From Candidatus Omnitrophota bacterium (GTDB taxonomy: Bacteria; Omnitrophota; Gorgyraeia; Zapsychrales; JANLHA01), in contig OY759724.1 in assembly GCA_963662715.1 (NCBI GenBank), positions 2,040,001-2,072,000 on the forward strand: a stretch of 32,000 bases of DNA, given 5' to 3'. The translations under genes and the position numbers were made by a program. Positions 1 to 8,279 of this stretch are shown here, in pieces. Positions within the stretch are counted from its first letter, which is position 1, and the number at the start of each line of letters is the position of its first letter. The notes under the pieces are model-generated. The model saw nothing but the letters and a program-made list of their open reading frames with translations. It did not search any database and was not told where the DNA came from.

Positions 1-1197
1 TGGATCAGAGATATCAAAGGATCCTACCCGCATATTTATTGTGTCGGAGGCGGCTGTCATATAACCTTGAATCCTCATGACGGCCTGGAGACATCTCTGG
101 ACGCCCTTTGCATCGGAGAGGGGGAATGGCCGATCCTGGAACTTGTGGAGCAACTGGATCAGGGACGCATTCCGCAGGGAATAAGTAATTTATGGATTAA
201 GCGGGACGGACAGGTTGAAAAGAACCGTATCCGTCCGTTTTTGGAAAACATTGATGATCTGCCGTTCCCGGACCGGGAGATGTGGCATCCCTGGACATTG
301 GATCTGGACAGCCGGCCGGCGGTTCTTTTAGGCCGCGGATGTCCTTTTCAATGCACGTACTGTTCAAATCATGCCTTAAAGAAACTGGCATCAGGCACGT
401 ATGTCCGCTGCCGTTCCGCGGAGAATATTATTGCCGAACTCAAAGAGATCACGTCCCGGCAGCCTTCCGCCAGGGAGGTTTACTTTGAGGTGGAAACATT
501 TAATGTGAATCTCCCCTGGGCTATCGGTTTGTGTGAAAGATTGGCAGAATTTAACCGGAAAAGGGACATCCCTCTGGAGTTTGGCGTGAACATCCGCGTC
601 ACGCCTAATACGGATTTTGCTTCGCTTTTTGCGGCCATGAAGAAGAGCCGGTTTTCTTTTATCAATATCGGGGTCGAATCCGGCAGCGAACGGATCCGCC
701 GGGATATTATGAAGCGGCGGTATTCCAACGACGATATTATGAAGACCGTTGCCCTGGCCCGGGAGCATGGATTAAAAGTGCATTTTTTGAACATGATCGG
801 TCTCCCGACGGAAACAGAGGAGGATATCCGTCAGACGATTGCTGTTAACCGTGCCTGCCAGCCGGATATGTGGCCGTCCCATTCGATTTTTTTCCCGTAC
901 CCCGGGACAGAAATTCACCGTATGTGCCGGGAAATGAATTTATTGCCCCCCCAGATGGATGTCGAACGGGAACGCTCCCGGGCCGTGCTTAATCTGGACG
1001 GGTTGTCAAAAAGCAGAATTATGCATTATTTTGTCTGGTTTGACTATTATGTTTATAAAGGTCACCGCCCTTTATGGAAACTGCTGGCCCGGGTTTTTGT
1101 GGCCCGGCTGCATTGCTCGTACCGGTTGATGCGTATTTACCGGGGGCTGACCGAACGGGGCGTTCTTAAAAAATTGAAGGAGTTTCTCAAAAAATAA
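1..1197 (+). CDS. B12-binding-domain radical SAM enzyme (class B), 5'-truncated by the window edge
   Basis: Frame 1 is open from nt 1: WIRDIKGSYPHIYCVGGGCHITLNPHD precedes the TTG at 67 used by the ORF track, so the gene starts upstream of the window. CxxxCxxC cluster motif GRGCPFQCTYCSN (Cys codons 340-363). GVESGSERIR motif. The GGGCH..GEGE segment is typical of the cobalamin-binding N-domain. Confidence 0.85.
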   Translation, partial: WIRDIKGSYPHIYCVGGGCHITLNPHDGLETSLDALCIGEGEWPILELVEQLDQGRIPQGISNLWIKRDGQVEKNRIRPFLENIDDLPFPDREMWHPWTLDLDSRPAVLLGRGCPFQCTYCSNHALKKLASGTYVRCRSAENIIAELKEITSRQPSAREVYFEVETFNVNLPWAIGLCERLAEFNRKRDIPLEFGVNIRVTPNTDFASLFAAMKKSRFSFINIGVESGSERIRRDIMKRRYSNDDIMKTVALAREHGLKVHFLNMIGLPTETEEDIRQTIAVNRACQPDMWPSHSIFFPYPGTEIHRMCREMNLLPPQMDVERERSRAVLNLDGLSKSRIMHYFVWFDYYVYKGHRPLWKLLARVFVARLHCSYRLMRIYRGLTERGVLKKLKEFLKK

Positions 1198-1199
1198 AC

Positions 1200-2363
1200 A
1201 TGGCGAACGAAACCAAAAGAAAAGTTATCCCTTACGGACGGCAAAGCATTTCCCAGGAAGATATCAAGGCTGTTGTAAATGTTTTGCGTTCGGACTGGAT
1301 CACTCAAGGGCCCAGGATTCAGGAATTTGAAAAGGCGCTGTGCCGTTATACGGGAGCGAAATACGCGGTTGCCGTGGCCAACGGAACCGCGGGCCTGCAC
1401 CTGGCCTGTTTAGCGGCCGGAGTCGGCCCCGGAGATGAAGTCATCACATCCCCGATGACTTTTTTGGCTTCTGCCAATTGTGTTTTATATTGCGGAGGGA
1501 CCCCGGTCTTTGCCGACATCCAGCCGGATACGGGGAATATCGACCCGGAGGAGATTGCTAAGAAAATCAGCGCAAGAACCAAAGCCGTTATTCCTGTACA
1601 TTTTGCCGGCCATCCCTGTGATTTGAAAGAGATCCGTCGCATGGCCAGGAAGCACAAACTGGTTGTGATTGAAGATGCCTGCCATGCGTTAGGGGCTGAA
1701 TACCAGGGGAAAAAGATCGGCGCCTGCCAGTATTCTGATATGACGGTCTTCAGCTTTCATCCGGTTAAGAGTATTACGACCGGGGAGGGAGGAGCCGTCT
1801 TAACGAATAATAAAAGGATGTATGAAAAACTTGTTCTATTGAGAAACCACGGGATGACGCGGGACAAGGCCAAAATTAAAAAGGGACAGGGGGACTGGTA
1901 TTGCGAAATGCAGGCGTTGGGATTTAATTACCGTATCACCGATATCCAGTGCGCCTTGGGTATAGGGCAGTTAAGCAGACTGGACCGGTTCCTGGCCAAA
2001 AGACGGCAGCTGGTTCAAGTCTATCAGAAGGCTTTGGCGGATACTTCGCACATTCAGCGTCCGGTTGAGCTCCCCGGGGGGCGTTCGGCCTGGCATATTT
2101 ATCCCGTTTTTATTCACCCCTCAAGCCTGAAGCCTGTTGTTTTCAAGAAATTAAAGGCGGCCGGAATCAGACCGCAGGTTCATTATATGCCGGTTTACTG
2201 GCATCCTTATTATTATTCCCTGGGGTACAGAAAAGGGTTATGCCCCGGGGCAGAAGAATTTTATCGCGCGGAAATCACGGTCCCGTTGTATCCTTCGTTG
2301 AAATTACGTGAGGTTCATTATGTTGTCCGGACGTTAAAAGATATCTTGGAAGAGGTGAGGTAA
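1200..2363 (+). CDS. pseC: DegT/DnrJ/EryC1-family PLP aminotransferase, PseC-like (UDP-4-amino-4,6-dideoxy-N-acetyl-beta-L-altrosamine transaminase)
   Basis: N-terminus IPYGRQSISQEDIKAVVNVLRSDWITQGPRIQEFE matches the PseC signature. PLP-lysine motif SFHPVKSITTGEGG. Sits in a pseC / cytidylyltransferase / pseG ... pseI gene order. Confidence 0.85.
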   Translation: MANETKRKVIPYGRQSISQEDIKAVVNVLRSDWITQGPRIQEFEKALCRYTGAKYAVAVANGTAGLHLACLAAGVGPGDEVITSPMTFLASANCVLYCGGTPVFADIQPDTGNIDPEEIAKKISARTKAVIPVHFAGHPCDLKEIRRMARKHKLVVIEDACHALGAEYQGKKIGACQYSDMTVFSFHPVKSITTGEGGAVLTNNKRMYEKLVLLRNHGMTRDKAKIKKGQGDWYCEMQALGFNYRITDIQCALGIGQLSRLDRFLAKRRQLVQVYQKALADTSHIQRPVELPGGRSAWHIYPVFIHPSSLKPVVFKKLKAAGIRPQVHYMPVYWHPYYYSLGYRKGLCPGAEEFYRAEITVPLYPSLKLREVHYVVRTLKDILEEVR

Positions 2364-3094
2364 TGAAAACAGTGGCTGTCATACAAGCCCGGATGAATTC
2401 TACCCGTCTGCCCGGGAAAGTCCTTATGGATATTGCCGGGCAGCCGATGCTGGCACATGTGGTCAGACGGTTGACACATAGCAGCCGGATTAATGAAATT
2501 GTCGTCGCTTTAACAACAGATACCGCTGATGATGTTGTGGAAATGTTTTGCCGGGACAGTAAAATCAAAATTTTTCGGGGGGAAAGTCATGACGTGTTGG
2601 ACCGTTATTATCAAACAGCCCGATCTTTTCAGGCGGATTGTATCGTCCGGATCACCTCAGACTGCCCTTTGATCGATCCTCAGGTCGTGGATCACGTTAT
2701 CCGTGAATTCAAAGATACTTCCGCTGCTCTGGACGGGGCCACGAATTGTCTTCGCCGGACATATCCTCGCGGACTCGACTGTGAAGTGTTCGGCTTTTCC
2801 GCCCTTGAGCGGTGCTGGAGACTGGCGGAGAAAGATTATTGCCGTGAGCATGTCACGATATATATGTATGAACATCCTGAGCTTTTTAAGATGAAAAATG
2901 TTGAATATAAGGAAGATTTGTCTTTTTACCGGTGGACCGTTGATGAAGAGCTTGATTTGAAATTGGTGCGGGAGATTTATCTGAGACTGAGATCGGCAAA
3001 GGAGATGTTTTTTATGCAGGATATTCTGGAGGTGTTTGAAAGAGACCCGGCCCTTAAACATATCAACGAACATGTCCTTCAGAAACACGTTTAG
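2363..3094 (+). CDS. SpsF/NeuA-family cytidylyltransferase (candidate CMP-nonulosonate synthetase)
   Basis: MKTVAVIQARMNSTRLPGKVL...RITSDCPLIDP is typical of CTP_transf_3 / SpsF-type cytidylyltransferases. TAATG overlap with pseC. Located between pseC and pseG. Confidence 0.7.
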   Translation: MKTVAVIQARMNSTRLPGKVLMDIAGQPMLAHVVRRLTHSSRINEIVVALTTDTADDVVEMFCRDSKIKIFRGESHDVLDRYYQTARSFQADCIVRITSDCPLIDPQVVDHVIREFKDTSAALDGATNCLRRTYPRGLDCEVFGFSALERCWRLAEKDYCREHVTIYMYEHPELFKMKNVEYKEDLSFYRWTVDEELDLKLVREIYLRLRSAKEMFFMQDILEVFERDPALKHINEHVLQKHV

Positions 3095-3106
3095 AGAAAT
3101 TTATTT

Positions 3107-4120
3107 ATGTCAGAACAGGTTTTGATTTTAACAGAAGGAGGAAAAGACGTCGGCCTGGGGCATCTGTCCCGATGCTCCGCCTTGTACCAGGCTTTTGCGC
3201 AGAAGGGCGCTTCTCCGGTCCTGGTGGTTAACGGAGAAGAACATATCCTGGATTTTATCCCTGGTTTGCAATGCCATATTCAGCCCTGGCTGGACAAAGA
3301 TGTCCTTTTGTCTTTATTGCAAGAAACGCCGGATATCGCGGTGGTCGATTCTTATTTAGCCGGGGAAGATCTTTATCAGATCATTGCGCGTAAGTGCAAG
3401 GTTGCCGTTTATATGGATGATAATAAACGTATGGATTATCCTCCGGGAATCGTGGTGAACAGCGCCGGAAACGCTGAGGCGTTGGGATATCCTCCCTGTC
3501 ACGATAAGGTTTATTTGTTAACAGAAAAATATGCGTTGTTAAGAGCCCCGTTTTGGCAAGACTCCCCCAGGAGAGCCGGACAGGCGCTTGAAACAATTTT
3601 GTTGACAATGGGTGGGAGTGACATGCGCAATCTGACTCCAAAGATTTTACAGGTTTTAACGCAGGAGTACCCGCAGGCGGAAAAGATTGTCATCGTGGGG
3701 CATGGGTTCAGCCGGCAGGAAACGATGTCATCATGGATCGATGATAGAACACAGATTGTACAATCTCCAGATGCGGAAGCTCTGAGAGCCTTGATGCTTC
3801 AGGCGGATATGGCTGTTTCCGCTGGCGGGCAGACATTATACGAACTGACACGGTGCGGGGTTCCGGCTTGTGTCGTATGTGTCGCGGATAATCAGGCGTC
3901 GCATATCTCCTGGTTTCAAGAGAAAGGTCTGGTAAAGGATTGCGGACGGTATGATGCTTCTAACCTATCAGCGCGTGTGCGGCAGGCCTTAGGAGAATTG
4001 GCTGATGAGGAGCTTCGCAGCCGGATTTCGGCGGCAGGCAGAAAGATTGTCGACGGCCGGGGCGCGTTACGCCTCGTGGACGAAATATTAAAATATTTGC
4101 CTCTGCAACAGCATTATTGA
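3107..4120 (+). CDS. pseG: PseG-like UDP-2,4-diacetamido-2,4,6-trideoxy-beta-L-altropyranose hydrolase (GT28-like fold)
   Basis: N-terminal GGKDVGLGHLSRCSALYQAF and C-terminal ADMAVSAGGQTLYELTRCGVPACVVCVADNQ match PseG family motifs. Pse gene context. Confidence 0.75.
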   Translation: MSEQVLILTEGGKDVGLGHLSRCSALYQAFAQKGASPVLVVNGEEHILDFIPGLQCHIQPWLDKDVLLSLLQETPDIAVVDSYLAGEDLYQIIARKCKVAVYMDDNKRMDYPPGIVVNSAGNAEALGYPPCHDKVYLLTEKYALLRAPFWQDSPRRAGQALETILLTMGGSDMRNLTPKILQVLTQEYPQAEKIVIVGHGFSRQETMSSWIDDRTQIVQSPDAEALRALMLQADMAVSAGGQTLYELTRCGVPACVVCVADNQASHISWFQEKGLVKDCGRYDASNLSARVRQALGELADEELRSRISAAGRKIVDGRGALRLVDEILKYLPLQQHY

Positions 4121-4149
4121 ATTTTACATTAAAAGGGGAAGAATGAGTT

Positions 4150-4791
4150 ATGGAAAAAGTCAAGATAGCTATATATGGCGCTTCCTTAGGGGGTGAGACC
4201 GTTAAAGAATGTCTTGCTCTGGAAGATACCTGTGATATTGCTTGTTTCCTGGATGATGACCCCCGGAAGTCGGGAATGGAATTTTGCGGTTTACCTATCC
4301 GGTCCTCGGATGATCTGGAGAAATTAAGCGCAGAGGGCGTGTCCCGGGTTGCCCTGGCCGTTGCCAATGCCTCGAAGAGACTGGAACTCCGGGGCCGGCT
4401 CATGGCATGCCGCCTGGAGCCGATGAATGTGATACATCCGCGCACTTATATAGCCCCGTCTGTAAAGATCGGGAAAGGAAACTATATTAAAGCCGGCGCG
4501 GTTATTGAGACAAATAGCACTGTTGGTGATTGCTGTATTATCGATAACGGTGTCATTGTCGCTCATGACAATGTCATTGAAGACGCCTGTCATCTTGCAC
4601 CGGGTGTCGTTTTGGGAAGCAGTATTGTGGTCGGATCAGGGAGCATTATCGGAATAGGGGCCAGTATATCAACAAAGATCCGTATCGGAAAAAATGTGAT
4701 TGTCAGCGTGGGAACCAGTGTCACCAGAGACGTTCCGGATAACAGTATTGTAGAAGGCGTTCCGGGAAAAATCATTGGAAGACGAAAATAA
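4150..4791 (+). CDS. NeuD/PglD-family left-handed beta-helix sugar N-/O-acyltransferase
   Basis: N-terminal Rossmann-like IAIYGASLGGETV..FLDDDP. C-terminal hexapeptide repeats (IGKGNYIKAGAVIETNSTVGDCCIIDNGVIVAHDNVIEDACHLAPGVVLGSSIVVGSGSIIGIGASI). Ending VEGVPGKIIG is typical of the NeuD/PglD family. Confidence 0.8.
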   Translation: MEKVKIAIYGASLGGETVKECLALEDTCDIACFLDDDPRKSGMEFCGLPIRSSDDLEKLSAEGVSRVALAVANASKRLELRGRLMACRLEPMNVIHPRTYIAPSVKIGKGNYIKAGAVIETNSTVGDCCIIDNGVIVAHDNVIEDACHLAPGVVLGSSIVVGSGSIIGIGASISTKIRIGKNVIVSVGTSVTRDVPDNSIVEGVPGKIIGRRK

Positions 4792-4847
4792 AAAATGCTT
4801 CCTGTCCCCGGGCCGCGGAAGCGGGTGAGGGCTTACAGTTAGGGTGT

Positions 4848-5765
4848 ATGATGAAAACAGAAGTGTTGTATGAAAAGATGTTGTTAATAAGGCTCTTCGA
4901 GGAGCAGGTGGGTCTTTTGTTTACCCGGGGAGATTTATTCGGGACGACACACGCCTGTATCGGGCAGGAAGCCGTTGCTGTGGGTGTTACGCAGGGGCTC
5001 CATCAAGATGATATCATCACGAGCAATCACCGCGGCCACGGCCATTATATTGCTTTCACCGGAGATGTCGAAGGCCTGCTGGCGGAACTGATGGGCAAAA
5101 AGACCGGAGTTTGCGCCGGTCGCAGCGGCAGCCAGCATTTGTGTTATAAAAATTTCTTTTCCAACGGAATAACCGGAGGCATGATCCCGGTGGCAACGGG
5201 CATGGCTTTGGCGGAAAAGAAAAAGAAGAGCGGAAAAATCGTTGTTTGTTTCTTGGGAGACGGTGCCTTGGGAGAAGGCCCGCTTTATGAGTCTTTGAAC
5301 ATGGCCTCTTTATGGGGGCTGCCGATTATTTTTGTTGTTGAGAATAACAGTTATGCCATGAGCACGCATATTTCCGAGGCCGTGGCCGGAAAGATTTTAG
5401 AGCGCGGGAAAGCCTTCTCGATCAAAACAGAAGAGTTTTATACTCAGGATGCCGGGAAAATTTTCTCCGGGTTTGAAAAAATTATCAGCCATGTCCGGAC
5501 ACAGGTTCAGCCGTATTTTTGTCTTTTTCATACATACCGGTTTTGCGGGCACAGCAAGAGCGATGATTGCTGTTACCGCGATAAGAATGAAGAACTGGAA
5601 TGGCGTAAGAAAGATCCGCTGCTTATTTTAGAACAGCGTTTAGAGCCGCAAACCGTAAAAAGGATTCAGGAAAAATGCCGCCGTCAAATTGAGGAAGCTT
5701 TAAGCCAGGCGGCGGAAGCTCCCTTTCCTGACCCGGCTTGCTTGTCTCAGGGATTATGGGGTTGA
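4848..5765 (+). CDS. ThDP-dependent 2-oxoacid dehydrogenase E1 component, alpha subunit
   Basis: ThDP motif GDGALGEGPLYESLNMASLWGLPIIFVVENNSYAM (GDG-x-NN). YRFCGHSKSD motif. N-terminal MLLIRLFEE..GTTHACIGQEA is typical of PdhA/AcoA. Confidence 0.85.
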   Translation: MMKTEVLYEKMLLIRLFEEQVGLLFTRGDLFGTTHACIGQEAVAVGVTQGLHQDDIITSNHRGHGHYIAFTGDVEGLLAELMGKKTGVCAGRSGSQHLCYKNFFSNGITGGMIPVATGMALAEKKKKSGKIVVCFLGDGALGEGPLYESLNMASLWGLPIIFVVENNSYAMSTHISEAVAGKILERGKAFSIKTEEFYTQDAGKIFSGFEKIISHVRTQVQPYFCLFHTYRFCGHSKSDDCCYRDKNEELEWRKKDPLLILEQRLEPQTVKRIQEKCRRQIEEALSQAAEAPFPDPACLSQGLWG

Positions 5766-5774
5766 GGAAGATGT

Positions 5775-6788
5775 ATGAAAACATTTGCGCAATCGATTAA
5801 TACCGCGTTGGAGGAAAAATTAGCTGAAGATCCCCGGGTGCTTTTGCTGGGCGAAGATCTCCGGGATCCTTACGGCGGTGCCTTTAAAATCACAAAAGGA
5901 CTGTCTTCCCGGTATCCGGACCGGGTTCTCAACACGCCGATGAGCGAGTTTTCATTAGCCGGAGTGGCTGCGGGGCTGGCCATACGGGGTTTGCGGCCGG
6001 TCTTGGAGATCATGTTCGGTGATTTTATGACATTTTGCGCGGATCAGCTGATCAACCATGCCGTGAAGTTTCGCTGGATGTACAACGGACAAGTGGATGT
6101 CCCGCTTGTGATCCGGACTCCCATGGGAGGGGGACGCGGTTACGGTCCGACCCACAGCCAGTCTCTGGAGAAGATTTTTATGGGCATTCCGGGGCTGAAG
6201 ATCATTGCTGCGAGTCATTTTCATGATGCCGGGACATTGTTAAAAGACGCTATTGATGACGACAATCCGGTTTTATTTATAGAACATAAACTTTTATATC
6301 CCCGTAAGATCGGCCAGCCGGTGGACGGTTACATTTCGGACTTTGCCGTTAAATTTTCTGACGGCAGGTATAAAACATTGAGATTATCTAACACGGACTT
6401 TGACGATCCTCAGCTTACGGTGCTTGTTTATGGCGGAATGTTGCCTTGGGTGACAGAGGCTGTTAATGAACTGCTCGTTGAAGAGGAGGTCGGAGCGGAG
6501 ATTGTTGTCCCGAGTTATATTAACCAATCTTTCATCCCGGAGATGATGGAATCCGTTAAGACAACAGGGAGGCTGGTGATTGTGGAAGAAGGGACTCTGT
6601 CGTTCGGCTGGGGGGCAGAAATGGCCGCCAGGATTGTGACACATGAAAGCATAGGGTCCTTGAAGGCGCCTGTCAGGCGGGTGGCCGCGAAAGATCTGCC
6701 TTTGGCGAATTCACGTGTTTTAGAAGAAGCCACATTGCCGCAGGTCAGGGATATCAAAAAGGCTGTTCAGGAGGTCTTAGCGTCATGA
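5775..6788 (+). CDS. 2-oxoacid dehydrogenase E1 component, beta subunit (transketolase-like Pyr + C domains)
   Basis: LLGEDLRDPYGGAFKITKGL...NTPMSEFSLAGVAAGLAIRGLRPVLEIMFGDF...GPTHSQSLE are classic PdhB/AcoB motifs. Lies 9 nt after the alpha subunit. Confidence 0.85.
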   Translation: MKTFAQSINTALEEKLAEDPRVLLLGEDLRDPYGGAFKITKGLSSRYPDRVLNTPMSEFSLAGVAAGLAIRGLRPVLEIMFGDFMTFCADQLINHAVKFRWMYNGQVDVPLVIRTPMGGGRGYGPTHSQSLEKIFMGIPGLKIIAASHFHDAGTLLKDAIDDDNPVLFIEHKLLYPRKIGQPVDGYISDFAVKFSDGRYKTLRLSNTDFDDPQLTVLVYGGMLPWVTEAVNELLVEEEVGAEIVVPSYINQSFIPEMMESVKTTGRLVIVEEGTLSFGWGAEMAARIVTHESIGSLKAPVRRVAAKDLPLANSRVLEEATLPQVRDIKKAVQEVLAS

Positions 6789-7222
6789 TACACGATATCC
6801 TTGTGCCGCAGTTGGGCGTTAATGATGAGTTCGTCACCATTGTTGAGTGGCGTGTTAACGACGGGGACAAAGTTGAGGTTGGGACGCCGTTATGCATCAT
6901 TGAGACAACGAAGGCGGTCGTAGACCTGTTAGCTGAAAATCCCGGGGTTATCGTCAGGATACGCTGTGAAAAGGAGCGGGTAGCCATAAAAGATCTTTTG
7001 GGATACATCGGCGATTCTTGGGAGGAGATCCAGCGCCTTATCCCGGAGAAACAGGCGACCGGAAAAAAGTCTGTGGGCGGCGAAGCCGATATTAAAGCCA
7101 CGCAGAAAGCCCGGGCCCTGGCTGAATCCCTGGGAGTGGATATCGGTCTGATTCTTAAGAAAGGGATCATCCGCGAAAAGGATGTGCAGGAATTTTATGC
7201 TTCCCGGCAAAAGGAATTTTAA
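6785..7222 (+). CDS. Stand-alone lipoyl-attachment domain + peripheral-subunit (E1/E3)-binding domain protein; E2 lacking its catalytic acyltransferase domain
   Basis: Lipoyl domain ILVPQLGVNDEFVTIVEWRVNDGDKVEVGTPLCIIETTKAVVDL (putative lipoyl-Lys in ETTKA). Linker. PSBD-like ATQKARALAESLGVDIGLILKKGIIREKDVQEFY. Only 145 aa, so there is no room for a 2-oxoacid_dh catalytic domain. ATGA overlap with E1 beta. Confidence 0.75.
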   Translation: MIHDILVPQLGVNDEFVTIVEWRVNDGDKVEVGTPLCIIETTKAVVDLLAENPGVIVRIRCEKERVAIKDLLGYIGDSWEEIQRLIPEKQATGKKSVGGEADIKATQKARALAESLGVDIGLILKKGIIREKDVQEFYASRQKEF

Positions 7223-7223
7223 G

Positions 7224-8279
7224 GTGAAAAGGACGAACGAGACAACCGGAAAAAGATTTTTTCACGAGGATAATTCGGTCTTTATTATCGCGGAGGTCTC
7301 TGCTAATCATGGGCAGGATTTTAAGCGGGCCGTCCAAATGATCAAGACGGCCAAAAAGTGCGGCGCGGATGCCGTGAAATTTCAGGCGTACACTCCTGAT
7401 ACGATGACGATGGACGTCAACACCCGTTATTTTCAGGTCCGTCATGCTCAATGGAGCGGACAGTCTTTGTATCAGCTGTATCAAAAGGCGTATACGCCTT
7501 TTGCATGGTTTAAGAAATTGAAAAAAGTGGCTGATGATATCGGTATTTTGTTTTTTGCCACGGCGTTTGATAAAACGGCCGTTGATTTGCTGGAAGAAAT
7601 CCGGGTGCCGGTACACAAGATTGCATCGTTTGAACTTAACGACATCCCTTTGATCCGGTACATGGCCAGGACGAAGAAGCCGCTGATATTATCCACGGGG
7701 ATGGCAACGCTGGCTGAGATTCAGGCGGCCGTTGATGCCGCCTGTCAAAACGGAACCCGTGATATATCTTTACTAAAATGTGTCAGTGATTACCCGGCTT
7801 CCCCGGAAGAGATGAATTTAGCGACCATCCCGGATATGAAAAAAAGATTTCCTGCCGTTATCGGCCTTTCGGACCATTCTTTGGGCATAGGGGTGTCTGT
7901 GGCCGGAGTATCGTTAGGGGCGAAGATTATTGAAAAGCATTTTACCCTTTCAAGAAAGCACAGGACGGCAGACAACTTTTTTTCCCTGGAGCCGGACGAG
8001 TTAAAGGATCTGGTGGATAATATACGGGTGGTAGAAAAGGCTGTGGGGCAGATTCATTACGGATTGACCAAAAAGGAAAAGGCGAGCCGAATTTACCGGC
8101 GTTCGTTGTTTGCGGTTCAGGATATTCGGAAAGGGGAGAAGCTGACCGAGCACAATGTGAGGTCGATCAGGCCTGCTTACGGTCTGGACCCCGAGGCTAT
8201 CGACGAGGTGCTGGACAAAACGGCCAGCAGGCATATCCGGAAAGGGGTTCCTTTAAGATGGGACATGATTGAAACATGA
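7224..8279 (+). CDS. pseI: Pseudaminic acid synthase (NeuB family, with C-terminal SAF domain)
   Basis: FIIAEVSANHGQDF...GADAVKFQAYT...AQWSGQSLYQLYQKAYTPFAWF...HKIASFELNDIPLI...GLSDHSLG...IIEKHFTL, then a SAF-like RRSLFAVQDIRKGEKLTEHNVRSIRP. Start is ambiguous: in-frame GTG at 7224 (right after the upstream stop, AAAGGAA upstream) versus the track ATG at 7182, which overlaps the upstream gene by 41 nt. Confidence 0.85.
   Translation: MKRTNETTGKRFFHEDNSVFIIAEVSANHGQDFKRAVQMIKTAKKCGADAVKFQAYTPDTMTMDVNTRYFQVRHAQWSGQSLYQLYQKAYTPFAWFKKLKKVADDIGILFFATAFDKTAVDLLEEIRVPVHKIASFELNDIPLIRYMARTKKPLILSTGMATLAEIQAAVDAACQNGTRDISLLKCVSDYPASPEEMNLATIPDMKKRFPAVIGLSDHSLGIGVSVAGVSLGAKIIEKHFTLSRKHRTADNFFSLEPDELKDLVDNIRVVEKAVGQIHYGLTKKEKASRIYRRSLFAVQDIRKGEKLTEHNVRSIRPAYGLDPEAIDEVLDKTASRHIRKGVPLRWDMIET

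Noticed and set aside
4798-4821. GC-rich palindromic stretch (CTTCC...CCCGGGCCGCGG...GGAAG) between the acyltransferase and E1 alpha genes, considered as a terminator or regulatory site
   Set aside because: The stem is short (5 bp) around a 14-nt loop and there is no U-tract. The nested CCCGGG/CCGCGG palindromes are ordinary 6-mers. There is no evidence of function.
4848-7222. Interpreting E1 alpha/beta + lipoyl protein as a housekeeping pyruvate/acetoin/branched-chain 2-oxoacid dehydrogenase operon
   Set aside because: There is no E2 catalytic domain and no E3 (lpd). The genes are translationally coupled on both sides to pseudaminic acid pathway genes, so a dedicated glycan-pathway role is more likely.
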